This document shows, in pieces, positions 51,775 through 64,000 of a DNA stretch of 64,000 bases. The notes beneath the pieces are model-generated. The model made no database searches. It was not told the origin of the DNA and was given only the letters and a program-made list of their open reading frames with translations. The first letter of the stretch is position 1, and every line of letters starts with the position of its first letter. A program made the position numbers and the translations under genes. Origin of the DNA: Trichoplax adhaerens (taxonomy: Eukaryota; Animalia; Placozoa). The stretch spans positions 9,017,070 through 9,081,069 of the forward strand of contig NW_002060943.1 of the NCBI RefSeq assembly GCF_000150275.1. Direction: 5' to 3'.

Positions 51775-54700
51775 CTAATCATCACCATGATCAATATTAG
51801 ATCCGTTCTTTGCTTTAATATCATCAAAAAGATATACCATCTTATCTATTGTGGCTTCCATCATGTTATAAACCTGTGAAATATGAATACAGTACAGTAT
51901 TTGTATTAAAATTAGCCGTAATTCATAAGTAATAAAAGCACTACAATTCGCGTAGATAGAATATGAACATTTGAATGTACCAGCACGTTACATTCGACAA
52001 AACTATTAACTTGGACAAAAATTTATATTTGCAAAATCCCAATAAATTATTTATCAAATTTCAAATTTAAATCTCACTTGACTGTATAGCTTCTCCTTGT
52101 ATTTCAATTCTATCGTCGGATCCGTTTTATCAACTGGAGTGGATGCTCGTGTTTGCTACAGAGGCATGTTAGAAAAAAACATACTTAATGCATCTAACTC
52201 ATAAGAGGGGTAATTACATTGTATACCATTTGTAGCTGAATATAAATGAAGCAAGTTGTATACTCGCTATGGCAGCTGATTCAATCTCTAAATTAATATC
52301 GGTAATTACATACGTCATGATATTCTTGTGATGAAGTCGTTGTTGATTTTAGTCGATCTAAAAAATAATGTAGGATTTTAACTTGGTCGTGTAAATCATG
52401 AAAACTTTTTATCATCAGACAAGAAGATGTTCATATCTTCGAAGATCACCTCTGTGTTTTGACTTAGAGGTTCGAATCGTCCTTGATTGAGGTCTAAGGC
52501 TGTCCTGTATTATACATAAAGGGTACAGTTAAGTTTGTTAAATGATATGGTTTTCATCAAGAACAGCATTATCTTAAATTTTCGAAACACTATTTTTCAT
52601 GAGTTTATACTACTAAATTTGTAGCCGATAGAGTTATTTATTACTGATTAAATAACAGATACTTTACTTTAACTTACAAAGTCTTTATCATCCTTTTTGT
52701 TTGGCTTTTTACTTCTTGATTCCGATTTCTTTGTAGATTCTGACCGCGTAGTTTCGGATGCTGTCATTTTCTTTTTAGTTGTCGTAGCTGTACGAAATTA
52801 TATGGTAAGTATTGTATGATCTGATAGCATCCTTTGTTTATTAATATTAAATAATGTTTTTCATTAGTAGTATTAAGTAATGTAAGCCTATATCTCATAA
52901 TTGTAACGTACTGTTGTGCACGTAGTTACAATCAGAAACTAGTTCATGGTCCTAATTATTTAATCACAAAATGGTATCGTGAAGGCAACAAATTTTAGTT
53001 ACCTACCCCAGCCCTCCAGTTCTAGTGATTCCTGACTAATCTTATTTGCTACTACTATTTGAATTGTAATATTATCTTTCTCAATTACATGAGTTATAAA
53101 TCTAATTATATATAGCATGCTCTATTTTGGTTTAAATCATTTAGATCTCATTGTAAAACATTTATACGCAACTCTACGGTAAATCTACAATCTAAGGTAC
53201 TGGCTCTATAACTAAGTAAACTTATGTATCTTCACAATGTCGAAAATAAAGTATTGTTTACCTGCATCTTCCTCTTCTAAACTTTCTTTTTCGGGTAATC
53301 CTAGTATACTCCTCAACGTAACTCCATAATTTGCTATGGAGTCCATTAAATTAATTAACAGACTATATCTAAATAAATAAATATAAAATTAAGATAATTT
53401 ATTTGATCCTAATTCATTAATGAATGATGATAAATAAAATATTCCAATGATAGTAAAGATTAAACTTTTCAATAAAAGGTGAGATATAGTCCTTATTCTG
53501 AGCATATACGTACCCAACCGAATACATTTGTTGTTTTAATGGTGTAAGTATTGGAAATGACAGCATATTGATTGCGTTGTTCATTCGTTGCAGACAATCA
53601 TTCTTCCAACTGTCATCCTCTAAGGTTAATATTTTCTATTCATGGAAAGTTTAATTGGTTATCAATAAATATAATTTAATTTTTCACAACCATTCCTTCT
53701 GCATTAAAGGTGTAATCATAGGATTTCAAATTATCCTAAAATCAAGTACTCCTTGCACACTTCTACTAGTGACACTTCTTTACATATAAATTATCTTGAT
53801 TAAATTAAGTTGCAGTCTTTCCTGAATAAGTTTTATTACCGAGCTGATAATTAACTAATTTAAATTAAATTCTATTCCATATAAAAATAATATTTTTCTT
53901 TCAATATCTTGAGTAATTAATATTTTAATGGTAGCTACTACCTCAGAATGAAAGTACTAGTTGAGCTACGAATTTGATATGGTTTATAATAAGTAAGTTT
54001 ACATTGATTTATCCGATAGTTAGCTACCAATTTTACCTCCTCAAGCATATCAATGCTCCAATCCCACGGTACATCGGGCTCAGGTGGCTCAAAATAATCA
54101 TTCTGTCGATCTGCTAAATCATTCTTAGCTCCTCTAAAATTTTTATCTTGTTTATCTTGCTTATCAGATTTAGACATCTTGTCATATCGATCACTTTTCC
54201 CAGATTTATCCTTAATTCAAAAAATCAGCTCAGACTTGGTAACTCACTTTGCAAAACAAATTTAAAACAATTGCTAACTACAAAATAGTCAAAACATACG
54301 TCATCTTATGTTATCGAATCGCAACTTATTATAATAATCACTATTAATCAGATAGCTTATAATGCTCGAAAGTTACTATTAACGAATCCTGTGGTTCGGT
54401 TCGTAGATCCAACCTGTTTGCTTCCTTTTTCGATCTTGACATCTTCAGTATTTTCTAGATATTCCGGAGGTATCGGCTGATGAATGTGGTACCATATCAT
54501 TTTTAGTTCATTAATGCCGTCCGGGCGATAATATAGCTGTATAAATTTAATTTAATTTAATCGAAGATAATCAGATTAAAAATGACTACCAATCACAATC
54601 AGATGCAAAAAATTGAAATCGATGATTATCCAATACATGAAAGTCAAAAAGATTAATTTAGATAATAAATTTCATGAACATTACACCTCATACTAATTTT

Positions 54701-57700
54701 TTTAGCTGGTAACAGCGATAGCTATATTTACGTGTTATCAAGTCCTTATCTAAACTTATATATAATCTAATTTAGAAATTTTGACTTCTATTACATATGT
54801 AGTACACATACGTAAATCTTTATGAACATTACAATCTAAGGAAAACTTACACCAGGATTCCGTCTTTCAAATAATTCTTCTGGTGTAATATGAGCATCTA
54901 CTGGAGATAAAGAACGTGGAGGTGTTTTCACATCCTCAATAATATCATCAAGTAGTTGATTTACGGCATAAAGAGCCTGTTTTCTTCTTAATTCTGCCTG
55001 CAAATTTGTTATCAAAAAGGAATGTGTATTTAAATACCATTTAAATTATAAAATTCATTTACGAATACGAAAAACAAAAATTAGAGCATAAAGCACAAAT
55101 TTTGACTAAGTTTTCTCATCATTCATGTTAGCATATGATGCGAATTCATTTGAAATTCTGTAAGTATACATTGTAATATTGATTGTATTTTGCTTTACCT
55201 CAATTTTTGATCTTTTATCTTTATTAATATCTTCTTCCAGTGCAACGCCTCGTAAAACAACTTTGATTGCAGCACCGCCACATAATGTCGGTTTAGTATT
55301 CATGCACCATGTTTCCGTAAATATTCCAGGATTAGATGACTTAAAGGTAAATGGAAACTTCATCTTCTGTCCGGGCATGATCATATCTTAAGGTAGCACA
55401 ATAATAAAAATTTCAGTGATTTCGTCGAGTTACTTCACACTTATAGCTATCTTACATTAAATTACTAAAATTAATAGTTGCATACTACGAATTAAAATTG
55501 TGCTACCATCTTGTTTCATTGCAATAGCAGGTATTGCTCTATTTTCAGTTGCATTTTATTGAAATTTATAAGACTGCAAACGGATTTTATGTAATAGCAC
55601 TGAAGATATGAAACTGCACTTTAGATTGCATAGATTTAGCTTTTGTTGTGTATAATATTGTAATAACATCATTACGTAAACCATAACGCGGAATTTATAT
55701 TACTGCCAATATTAGAGAGAATGTAGCATTTTAGTTAATGAATTAAAATGATTCACTAATATTTTACTTTAGTCTAAGGTCATATTGCCACTAGTTGGAC
55801 TTCAGCGCGGAAATAGATTAATGTTGCCTATAGAAATGTTGCTATACTCTTATAGGCAAAAATTGAGACAAACAGCTTTTGCTAACTATTCATGTTAGCA
55901 CATGTGATAATAATGCTTGTAATCAACTAACTCGTAATATGATCACTATTACATAGTTGTTGATCAATTAGAACATTGAGTAAGATAATAACACTTTTTA
56001 AAGGAACAAATTGAAATGGTATAATCATAATATCTACATAACGTCTACATACCAACGCCCGTATTGAAGTAAAATCTTTGAGCTTTACCATACAAGATGC
56101 TATCGAGGGATTTATCGCTTGGTAAGTTCTGCAATGAGTACATAAATTTAAGATATCATAAGTTAGATAAAGTAAAACCAAGATTGTTTCTCTTAATAAT
56201 CGTATTTGCAAGTAAGGATAACTTACCGTCCATGAGAAGTAGATAGTTGATGTGCCTAGGTTTTCGATATCTAGTGTCGTTGTGCTAACTTTGCCAGCGT
56301 AGGTTTCGAATAATACACGCGTAATAATAGCGACATCACTTTCAAGGCCACAATTTTCACCTTCCCAACGCACAGTTTGGCCGGCTACTGTAATACAGGG
56401 TCCAAGTATAGGTTGAGGTACACAGTCTGCATGCTGTTTAAATGGATCACTGAATAGAAAATTAATTAATGGACTAATATTACTGAAATTGTCACGCGGT
56501 TTAATATATGTTACCGTATTAAAGTTAAATGAAATTCATTGACTTTTAACTCTTTAACACTAGATCTGAGTGGATTAGTATAGGTCATAACTTTCATATT
56601 TGAAGTAAAATCAAAAAATTATTTTTTTAAAGCATAAGCTATCATACTTACTTTATTTCACTATCTGCTTCAGATAGGCTATCATCATTATATAATGAAG
56701 TATTAATATCAGATTGTTCACGCCCATCTTCCCAAAGCTTAGATCTTCCAATAACTGCTAAACTTGAAATATCCTATCACAATAACAATAACATCAAAAA
56801 TAAAAGTACTGTCAGAATTCACGGATAGAATTTGATTCTACAAGGTAGTAATTTTGATATATAGTTTATAAGTATTTGTTGTGATACCAATTATTTGACC
56901 TCATATTTATCTCATTACAAAGCTATACAGTTTATGCTATAAAGTTGTAGTAGAATCTAGACATGAACAATTACGATATATATTATTACCGGCTTGTGGG
57001 GATCAATCAGTTTCATGCTCTCCTCTAACTCTTTCTTCCTATTTTGGAGATAGAGAGACTTATCCCACGGATAATGAACGGTTGAGGAAGATCGAAAATT
57101 AATGCCTAAAATAAGATTTATTTTAAATACTTGTTATTTTGTTCTAAACCAGATCCTATTATTGCCTATGCAGAGTCATGGTGATAAGTTCATTCAGTAT
57201 AAACTTATAGCTGCTTTTATTAATTTAAGGCACTACTTAAATGATGAAAAAACTGTGTAACTATACCCATTTCCTCTTTGATTAACGGATGTTTATCGAT
57301 ATGTTCAACAGGAACTCTTTGGCCTCGTTGACTTTTACCTAAAGTTAAACTTTGAAGTAGCAATATATTTGATTTCGTTTAGTAATCTAGCGTAGCTTGC
57401 AGCCGATCGATAATTGTAGCTATAATTTGATCGCCTTTCTATTTCAATTTTTTATTATTAAATTAAAGGACCCAGCGCAATTTAAAATTTAGCGATAATA
57501 TTACGTAATTTTAATTCTAGCAATTTGTGTAGATCAACTTTTTGAGTTTTATTATGTAAGCTTGTAGCAATCCTTTTCAGCATAGTATCGTATTAAAATA
57601 TCATTTGACCATGATGTTTACCTTATGCCGTTATCTTCGTTGCCAAGTCGGTCAGGTTGCATCCAAAACTCACTACCTACACGATCTAAATTTGTAATAA

Positions 57701-60211
57701 ATAATGCCAGTCAATTCGAAACTGTATACTCAACTTAGCTAGTAGGTAAAAGCATTTGTCAACGTCTTGCTAGAGTATAACTAACATCCTTTGCCTTTAT
57801 CCATCGTCGGTATTGCTAAATCGATAATTTCTCTAATTATGAGACAGTAGCGTAAATTAATAAATAATTCAGTGAAATCATCGTTAATAGATCGCTGAAT
57901 AAAGCAGTTATTGTTGATACTGCAATCAAAAGCTTCGTCATCTTTACAGTCTATCGGTCGTAAGATTACCTTTCTTCTTGGTTTTTACGATAATCTTCGC
58001 TTTGATTCATGACTAACATGGCTGGATTAGTTTCCAGTATTTCTAGATTTTGAAATTAAATAAAAACAATTATTATTTCACTAATCTGATGTATGTTATT
58101 CGTCTACAGTCCTAATATAATACCTATCTTATATGTTTCTACTTAAGTAATTAGTAAACTAGTCAATAAACTGCATTATAGGATTACAAATTATTTTACA
58201 CAGTTCAATGATAGTGCTACATACTGTATTATTGCATGATTCGTAAGTCTATATTATTAAACAAACTTTGATTACTGGAAGTGATTATAAAGTACCGGTA
58301 CCAAGGTAGTACTTATTAACTGGGTTAGATCACAGAATATGATATATAATAATTGCGTGTTTGCATAACATTAAAATATTTTCTAAGTTAAGCATCGGTT
58401 ATAAGTTATATTGGATTAGCAACGAAATAGAGAATCAACTAGTTCTATATAATTTTAATATCATTTAGTTTAAATCAATCGTGTGCCAAACTATTTTTAC
58501 TTGCACAACGTTAAATTGATCTAACTCAGATGAAAAGTAATCTATAATTTAAATCATAACGGATTCTGAATTTAACCTTACTCATAAAAATGATAATTTA
58601 TTCCCTGGAATATAATAAAATCTAGTATAAAGTTATTTTTTAAACATAATGAACGTTATGTATGTTTACATATGAGCTATCTTGTTACACTTTTGCTCTC
58701 AGCTTTATGAAGATTTAATTTTGTCCTACTACTATTCTGTTTCACTTTGTAAAGATTGCAGTTCTGGAACATATTTCTATCCTCAAAACTCTGTACCACT
58801 TTTTGTTTAAATGCATTATTTCGATTTCTTCAAAGCTTATTTTTAGTTTTAAGTAATTCCATATATTGTATGACAATATTAGATATAACAAAAGCGATGT
58901 TTAACCAATAACGTACTAGATAAATACTGCTGTTGTGATTTTCGGTATCTCATATGCCTTTTCCAATTATCTAGAGCAGCTTCTTCATTTGCCTGAATTA
59001 ATAATTGAAGTATTAACGGTTTAAAATGTTTTTATTATAGCGATTAATATCGTGATATTTAGAAATAATAAAATTTTCTTACACTTTTTGACATTGTAAT
59101 ATTATTATTTCCAGCAGTATCACTATCACTCGTATGTTGAACCGGTGATTCAATTATCTATTTTAATAAAGCAATTTTACAGCATATTCGTATATAATTC
59201 AACGATCGTTAGCATCCATGATAAGTTTACTTACGAGATCGTATACTTCAGGTGATTTTAATGGCTAAAAAAAAGGATATATTAATAGCTATATATAATA
59301 TATTTACATGTATGTTGATAGATAATGATATTAAAATTCGTAAGAAGTTTATGATTGATCCTTTGTAAGTGCTCTTATAAAAATAAGTAAATCTTACTTG
59401 CTGCTGCTTTTTTAATGAAGTCGAATTAAAATCAGAAATGGAACCGAGAATGCTGTGAGGTATTAGTTGTCCTTTTCTATCTAGCCTTGGACCAGAGTGT
59501 AAAGGCTCTTTCGATGCTATCATTAGATGGAATGTACATAATACATCATATATATAATGTAACGATATTAATAGCTTTAAGATAGTTGATAATAGTTGAT
59601 AAATAAAATCCTTACCATCCATACTCAGCATCACTGCAGATTCTGTAGCTTCCGATGCGGTAACCTTCGCTACGTATATACTATTTATAAGAAAGTTAAA
59701 TATAGTTAATGTCGCAATATTTTTTAGAAAGATCTTTAGTTACGAATAATGCGCGATTCAAAAACAGACCATTTAGTTTTCGTATCAACCCCTGTATTGG
59801 TTATAACATTATCCGCTGGTTGCTTCCGAATCTTATATGTTACTGTAGGCTTCGAAGTTGCTGATTTATCCTCTTTCGGTTGATGTATCTAAGATTATTG
59901 TCAATACCCATACGCATTAATATGACATAAGATATATTTGCTAACCTATTAATATCACAATAATACTTTGACAAATCAAACATCATTCCTACCTTAAATA
60001 GATCCTCATCTTTGATAATAAGCGGATCAAGGCTATTAACTGTGTTATGACCGATCTTTTGATTATTATTTGAATAGCTAGTTGTACTGAATTGAGGTAA
60101 CGGTTTGTCTTCAGTTAAAGTGCTGTTATTGGTTGGGGCACCTTGTCCAGTACTATCTGGCGGTGTAGCTACCTTGTCCGGTGTCAAATCACGTTTCGGA
60201 CGAGATTTCAT
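51775..60211 (-). CDS. MYCBPAP: MYCBP-associated protein (AMAP-1)-like, multi-exon
   Basis: GPRLDRKGQLIPHSILGSISDF, ALDNWKRHM, LVMNQSEDYRKTKKE, GSEFW, RVLFETYAGKVSTTTLDIENLGTSTIYFSW, IMPGQKMKFPFTFKSSNPGIFTETWCMNTKPTLCGGA and VPWDWSIDML. The last exon is VYNMMEATIDKMVYLFDDI. The true start may lie in upstream exons near 60865-61088. Confidence 0.82.
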
Positions 60212-61199
60212 TTTATCTATGTTGTAATATTCATTTAATATGTTAGAAATAATTTCTAATCGATAATTTTAATTCCTGATTTAAAAAATAAATTTTAACT
60301 ATTGTTTTTTTAACGTACTCAAAAATTTTGACATACGTATACTGTGCAATGTGCATGTAGTTACTTTTTTACGCTACTACCCAAATTTTTACTCAACAAG
60401 TGCTTGAAAGATATAATTCTATCATTCCTGTACTTATTTATTCAATATCCTATAAATATTAATTCTACCGGTAGACTTGGGCCTTTCCTTCTTATTCGGT
60501 TTTACAGATGGCATTTTCGCTATGATATATTATACACACCAATATATATAATATGGTCTATGTTTTAAATGTCCTACGATTGCAATAAAATATGAGCAGT
60601 TTTAAACATAGGTAGATTAAACCAGATTGGCAAAAATAATAAAATTTCTAGAGACAGAGACTACGCGACGTGTATATCCTAATCATAGTGACATGAGTGA
60701 TACATTAAATTTCATTATCTTTTCGTGCTGCTCTACAGTATAAATAAATAAATTAACTTTTATCCAGATGTTATCGTTATAGTAAGAATACATTTTACGT
60801 ATAGTCGCCATAGGAGAAAGATTGAGTACAATCAATACATCACTTTGTAGTTACCGATAACTTACCCTGTGCCTATTCCTATCTATAACACATACACGAA
60901 ACGATAATGAGTAACGAAATTTGGAGCTAGACTGTATGATGCATACATTTACTCGCATAAGACTATGCATGTAAAATTTAAACTATCGGCTTCTAATTTT
61001 ATTTGGACACTTCTGTAGATAGATATTTTAATTTAAAAAAATCGATTACTATCTTCTATACCTTGATTTTAGTACGGGCATTAGCCATAAATCATCCCTT
61101 ATTCAAATGTTTCAATATTTACCACTGTTAGTATCGATTACTCCGTATTTGCTTGGTGTATTCTGATCGTAAACGTCCGTTTGCCCTGGTCTCTAGTAG

Positions 61200-61700
61200 C
61201 CATAGCAACGATGGTCTAGTTTTATGCACTGTGTTTAGTGTGAATTGTACTGTAGACTTTCTCCTTAAGTACTGTATGATTAAGGTGAAGAGCGACAGCC
61301 CATACAGCGCAGTAGAGAAATTGATGATTGATAGAGACATTGTATAGTCCACGTGTACAGTACAGTACAGTATACATTGTACTGTAGCCCGGATTGTTCG
61401 TAATGACGTACTGTACAATGGTACATACTCTACTGTCCGATACTACAGGTAGTAGTATACAAGATACTATAGTTGTATAATACAGTAGTTCAGCCAAAGT
61501 GAGCCAGCAGACAGACTACCGCTACAGCTAGTGACTTGACTTGACCAGACCGAGTACTGTACTGTAGATCTTGTATCAGAGGGTATGTACTCAGTCGGGA
61601 CTACTTATTCCTAGGTCTTGTACCTATTTGAGTACAGGCGGTGCCCACCTTGAGGGGTACCATGCTTAGTACTGTACGCTGTACAGTACCTGCAGAGCTG
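61200..61700. promoter_or_regulatory. (CAGTA/TACTG)n island; candidate bidirectional promoter MYCBPAP <-> Sel1-repeat gene
   Basis: gtgtacagtacagtacagtatacattgtactgtag (61353-61387), gtactgtacaatgg, agtactgtactgtag and agtactgtacgctgtacagtac lie between the divergent genes. Confidence 0.7.
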
Positions 61701-61958
61701 CCATCGAGGACATCCAGCTTCAAAGGGCGATTTCGAGGCTGGACGATTTCATCTTGGTGATTATTCTGTTTAAAACTACGGCGATTAATTGGATCTGATG
61801 TAAGTAATCTTGATAGCTTTCTTTCCTATAGCGATTGTTGTTTATACACATAGTTAGATTGTGTAAGTACGTTAGTGTGCAGGTGCTATTTATTGTTTAA
61901 CATCAGCAAGTAAAACAATCGACGTACTCAATTATACTTGTATTATAGACAGTACATT

Positions 61959-63509
61959 ATGATGGATGCAAGCCAGCCAGGCAAATTAGAGGATTACCAA
62001 CGATTACTTTTGCAACCTTTCCTGTCCAAGAGATTGGAAAATGAGCTATATAATAAATTGATGAACTATTGTGAGAAGGAACGCGATTCCCATAGTTTAT
62101 TTCAGCTAGGTTGCCTATATCAACAAGGTCTCGGCAAGTGCGAAAAGGATTTACATAAAGCTAAGCAGTTACTTGATAATGCAGCTAAACTGGGTCATGC
62201 TAGAGCTATGTACAATCTCTGTCAGCTTTATGGAAGCCAACCATCTGCTCAATTTGCCAATGTTGTTAGTGAAAGTGAATTAATTGATATCAAAGTACAT
62301 TGGTATATAGAATCTTCCTCTCAGGCTCTAGTCTATTCTAACTCTGGAATCGAGTTATGGAGTAATTATAATGCTTCAGTAGCTTGGCGTAAGGCTGTTA
62401 TGGCAGAAAGGGCACGTTTGCTAGATAGAATTTCCCAGAAAGATTACCAAGATATTCTCCAATTAGGCAAACTCATGAATCAGGTCAGTTACATTGCCCT
62501 ACAACTAAGTACAGATGATAGCGGCTATAAGACTGCAATAGACGGCTTGGAATCGGCATGTCGTCTTGGTAGTGCTGATGCCTATTGGAATCTGGCTGCA
62601 TTAGTATACCACAATGGTCTTGGTGTAAACAAAGATGAGGAAAAAAAACTTCAACTCATGTATCAAGCAGCTGATAGCAACCATGTTAGAGCTCAATTTT
62701 GGTTAGGAGAGTATCTATTTTCATCATTAGTTGGTATGGAAGAACAGTGTACAAAGGCTTTGAAGTATATGAAGCAATCATTGCAATATCCTTTTGCTAG
62801 TACCCTATTCTGGATTGGCTATGGTCATTTGTTAGGTACCGGTGTAAGTCAAAATTATGCCCTTGCAGTGCAATACTTTCAACTTGCTGCTGTTTCCTCC
62901 GATTACCTATTTGGCATCGGAAATAGTTCAGCTTGTAGTTGGTTGGCTTTTATGTATACCAAGGGGCTAGGTATGACAATAGACTTTACGATGGCGTCTC
63001 ATTATTACGCTATGGCAGCAAAATCAGGAAATAAGCATTCATTTAATGATTTAGCCAAACTAATAGAAAAAAGGAAAATTTCTTGTTGCGAGTTAGATAT
63101 CGCGATTAAATTATACAGCATAGGTGCTGGGGAGAACGTGGAAGATACGTCGTCTTATTATGCCAGACTTAGACTTGGAAAAATATACTCGAACAAACGC
63201 TATCATAAAATTTACAATCAAGAGAAAGCTACTGAGTACTTTACTCAAGCATTACACTTACTGAAATCGTCTGTTTGTAAGGATACACGTTCCTATCGTT
63301 ACTATCACTTGGGAATCATTTACGAAAATGGATATAATACTGATGTAGATTATTCTCAAGCAGCTAAATATTATTCATTGGCGAAAGAAGCAGCTGCTAA
63401 GGTTTATGATATATTAGATAGATATTACGGAAAGAAGGCCGAAAAAAGACTTACTAAAATTATGAATTTAACGCTAGCAAAAAAAGAAAGTAAACAAACA
63501 ACAGTTTAA
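61959..63509 (+). CDS. Sel1-like repeat (SLR/TPR-type) protein, ~516 aa, uninterrupted CDS
   Basis: A single long ORF with repeated motifs such as LFQLGCLYQQGLGKCEKDLHKAKQLLDNAAKLG, LAFMYTKGLGMTIDFTMASHYYAMAAKSG and LGIIYENGYNTDVDYSQAAKYY. A likely 5'UTR intron spans 61800 (GTAAGT) to 61948 (TATAG). Confidence 0.88.
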   Translation: MMDASQPGKLEDYQRLLLQPFLSKRLENELYNKLMNYCEKERDSHSLFQLGCLYQQGLGKCEKDLHKAKQLLDNAAKLGHARAMYNLCQLYGSQPSAQFANVVSESELIDIKVHWYIESSSQALVYSNSGIELWSNYNASVAWRKAVMAERARLLDRISQKDYQDILQLGKLMNQVSYIALQLSTDDSGYKTAIDGLESACRLGSADAYWNLAALVYHNGLGVNKDEEKKLQLMYQAADSNHVRAQFWLGEYLFSSLVGMEEQCTKALKYMKQSLQYPFASTLFWIGYGHLLGTGVSQNYALAVQYFQLAAVSSDYLFGIGNSSACSWLAFMYTKGLGMTIDFTMASHYYAMAAKSGNKHSFNDLAKLIEKRKISCCELDIAIKLYSIGAGENVEDTSSYYARLRLGKIYSNKRYHKIYNQEKATEYFTQALHLLKSSVCKDTRSYRYYHLGIIYENGYNTDVDYSQAAKYYSLAKEAAAKVYDILDRYYGKKAEKRLTKIMNLTLAKKESKQTTV

Positions 63510-64000
63510 AACACTAAAGATAAATCATAAATTTATAAAATACTGTAAAAAGATCGATACTTGGACGATACATAGAAATATTACGATTGAACATTTTTGA
63601 TTTTCTTTATTCAATTTACTTATTTATATGCGTAGAATGAAATGTAATATCTTTTATATACTTCAAATACCCACATTGTTGACACTACATTGAAGGGGTG
63701 TCAACTACTTATGCAAAATATAGTAAAATATTGCAGGCGCAAGGTATATATATATACATCAGGGATAGATCTTATTGTCATTTGTTAATAAAACTTTCTC
63801 CGGAACCCTTTATAGTTCTCATAAACTGAATTCGTCACATTCACTTGATGATATTAAATATGATGTTGAAAGCTCGCTGTTACTTGTATTATCCTGATGG
63901 TCAGTTCCTATTTTTATTGTAGACAAATAAATAAATTAAATTCTTTTCAGAAATTAAATCGTAAAATATTATCTTTAAAGATTGCAAAGTACTGAAATCA

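Noticed and set aside
59268-59282. ATATCCTTT on the minus strand, resembling a U12 AT-AC donor (similar string near 12232-12241)
   Set aside because: Both lie inside ordinary GT-AG introns or polypyrimidine tracts and are not at an exon boundary.
60865-61088. Upstream ATG (61088) and a micro-exon as a MYCBPAP N-terminal extension
   Set aside because: The splice combinations I tried gave stops or the wrong phase relative to the 60211 ORF, so I treat them as probable 5'UTR exons.

Overview
AT-rich, intron-dense eukaryotic (animal) genomic DNA. The compact GT-AG introns, gene content and 50-N gap fit an early-branching metazoan, most likely a placozoan such as Trichoplax (inference). By splicing exons by eye I support 13 protein-coding genes: the 5' end of a CLCA gene (-), an 11-exon orphan single-pass membrane protein (-), FAH (-), FOPNL/CEP20 (+), SMU1 (-), an LRMDA-like LRR gene (+), TMEM161 (-), two paralogous GT-A glycosyltransferases (-) flanking GTF2A2 (+), PPIP5K/Vip1 (+), MYCBPAP (-) and a Sel1-repeat gene with an intronless CDS (+). 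The most striking structure is non-coding. Dense, self-complementary (CAGTA/TACTG)n 'islands' sit at the 5' end of almost every gene, including all five head-to-head pairs, and are sparse elsewhere. Some islands share additional motifs (TAGACCTGAGAA-(GGTTC)n, AGGGACTTCTAA) and carry local duplications. Other points: two U12-type intron candidates, one GC-AG intron and a 3x67-bp tandem repeat. Coordinates were read manually and may be off by a few bases.
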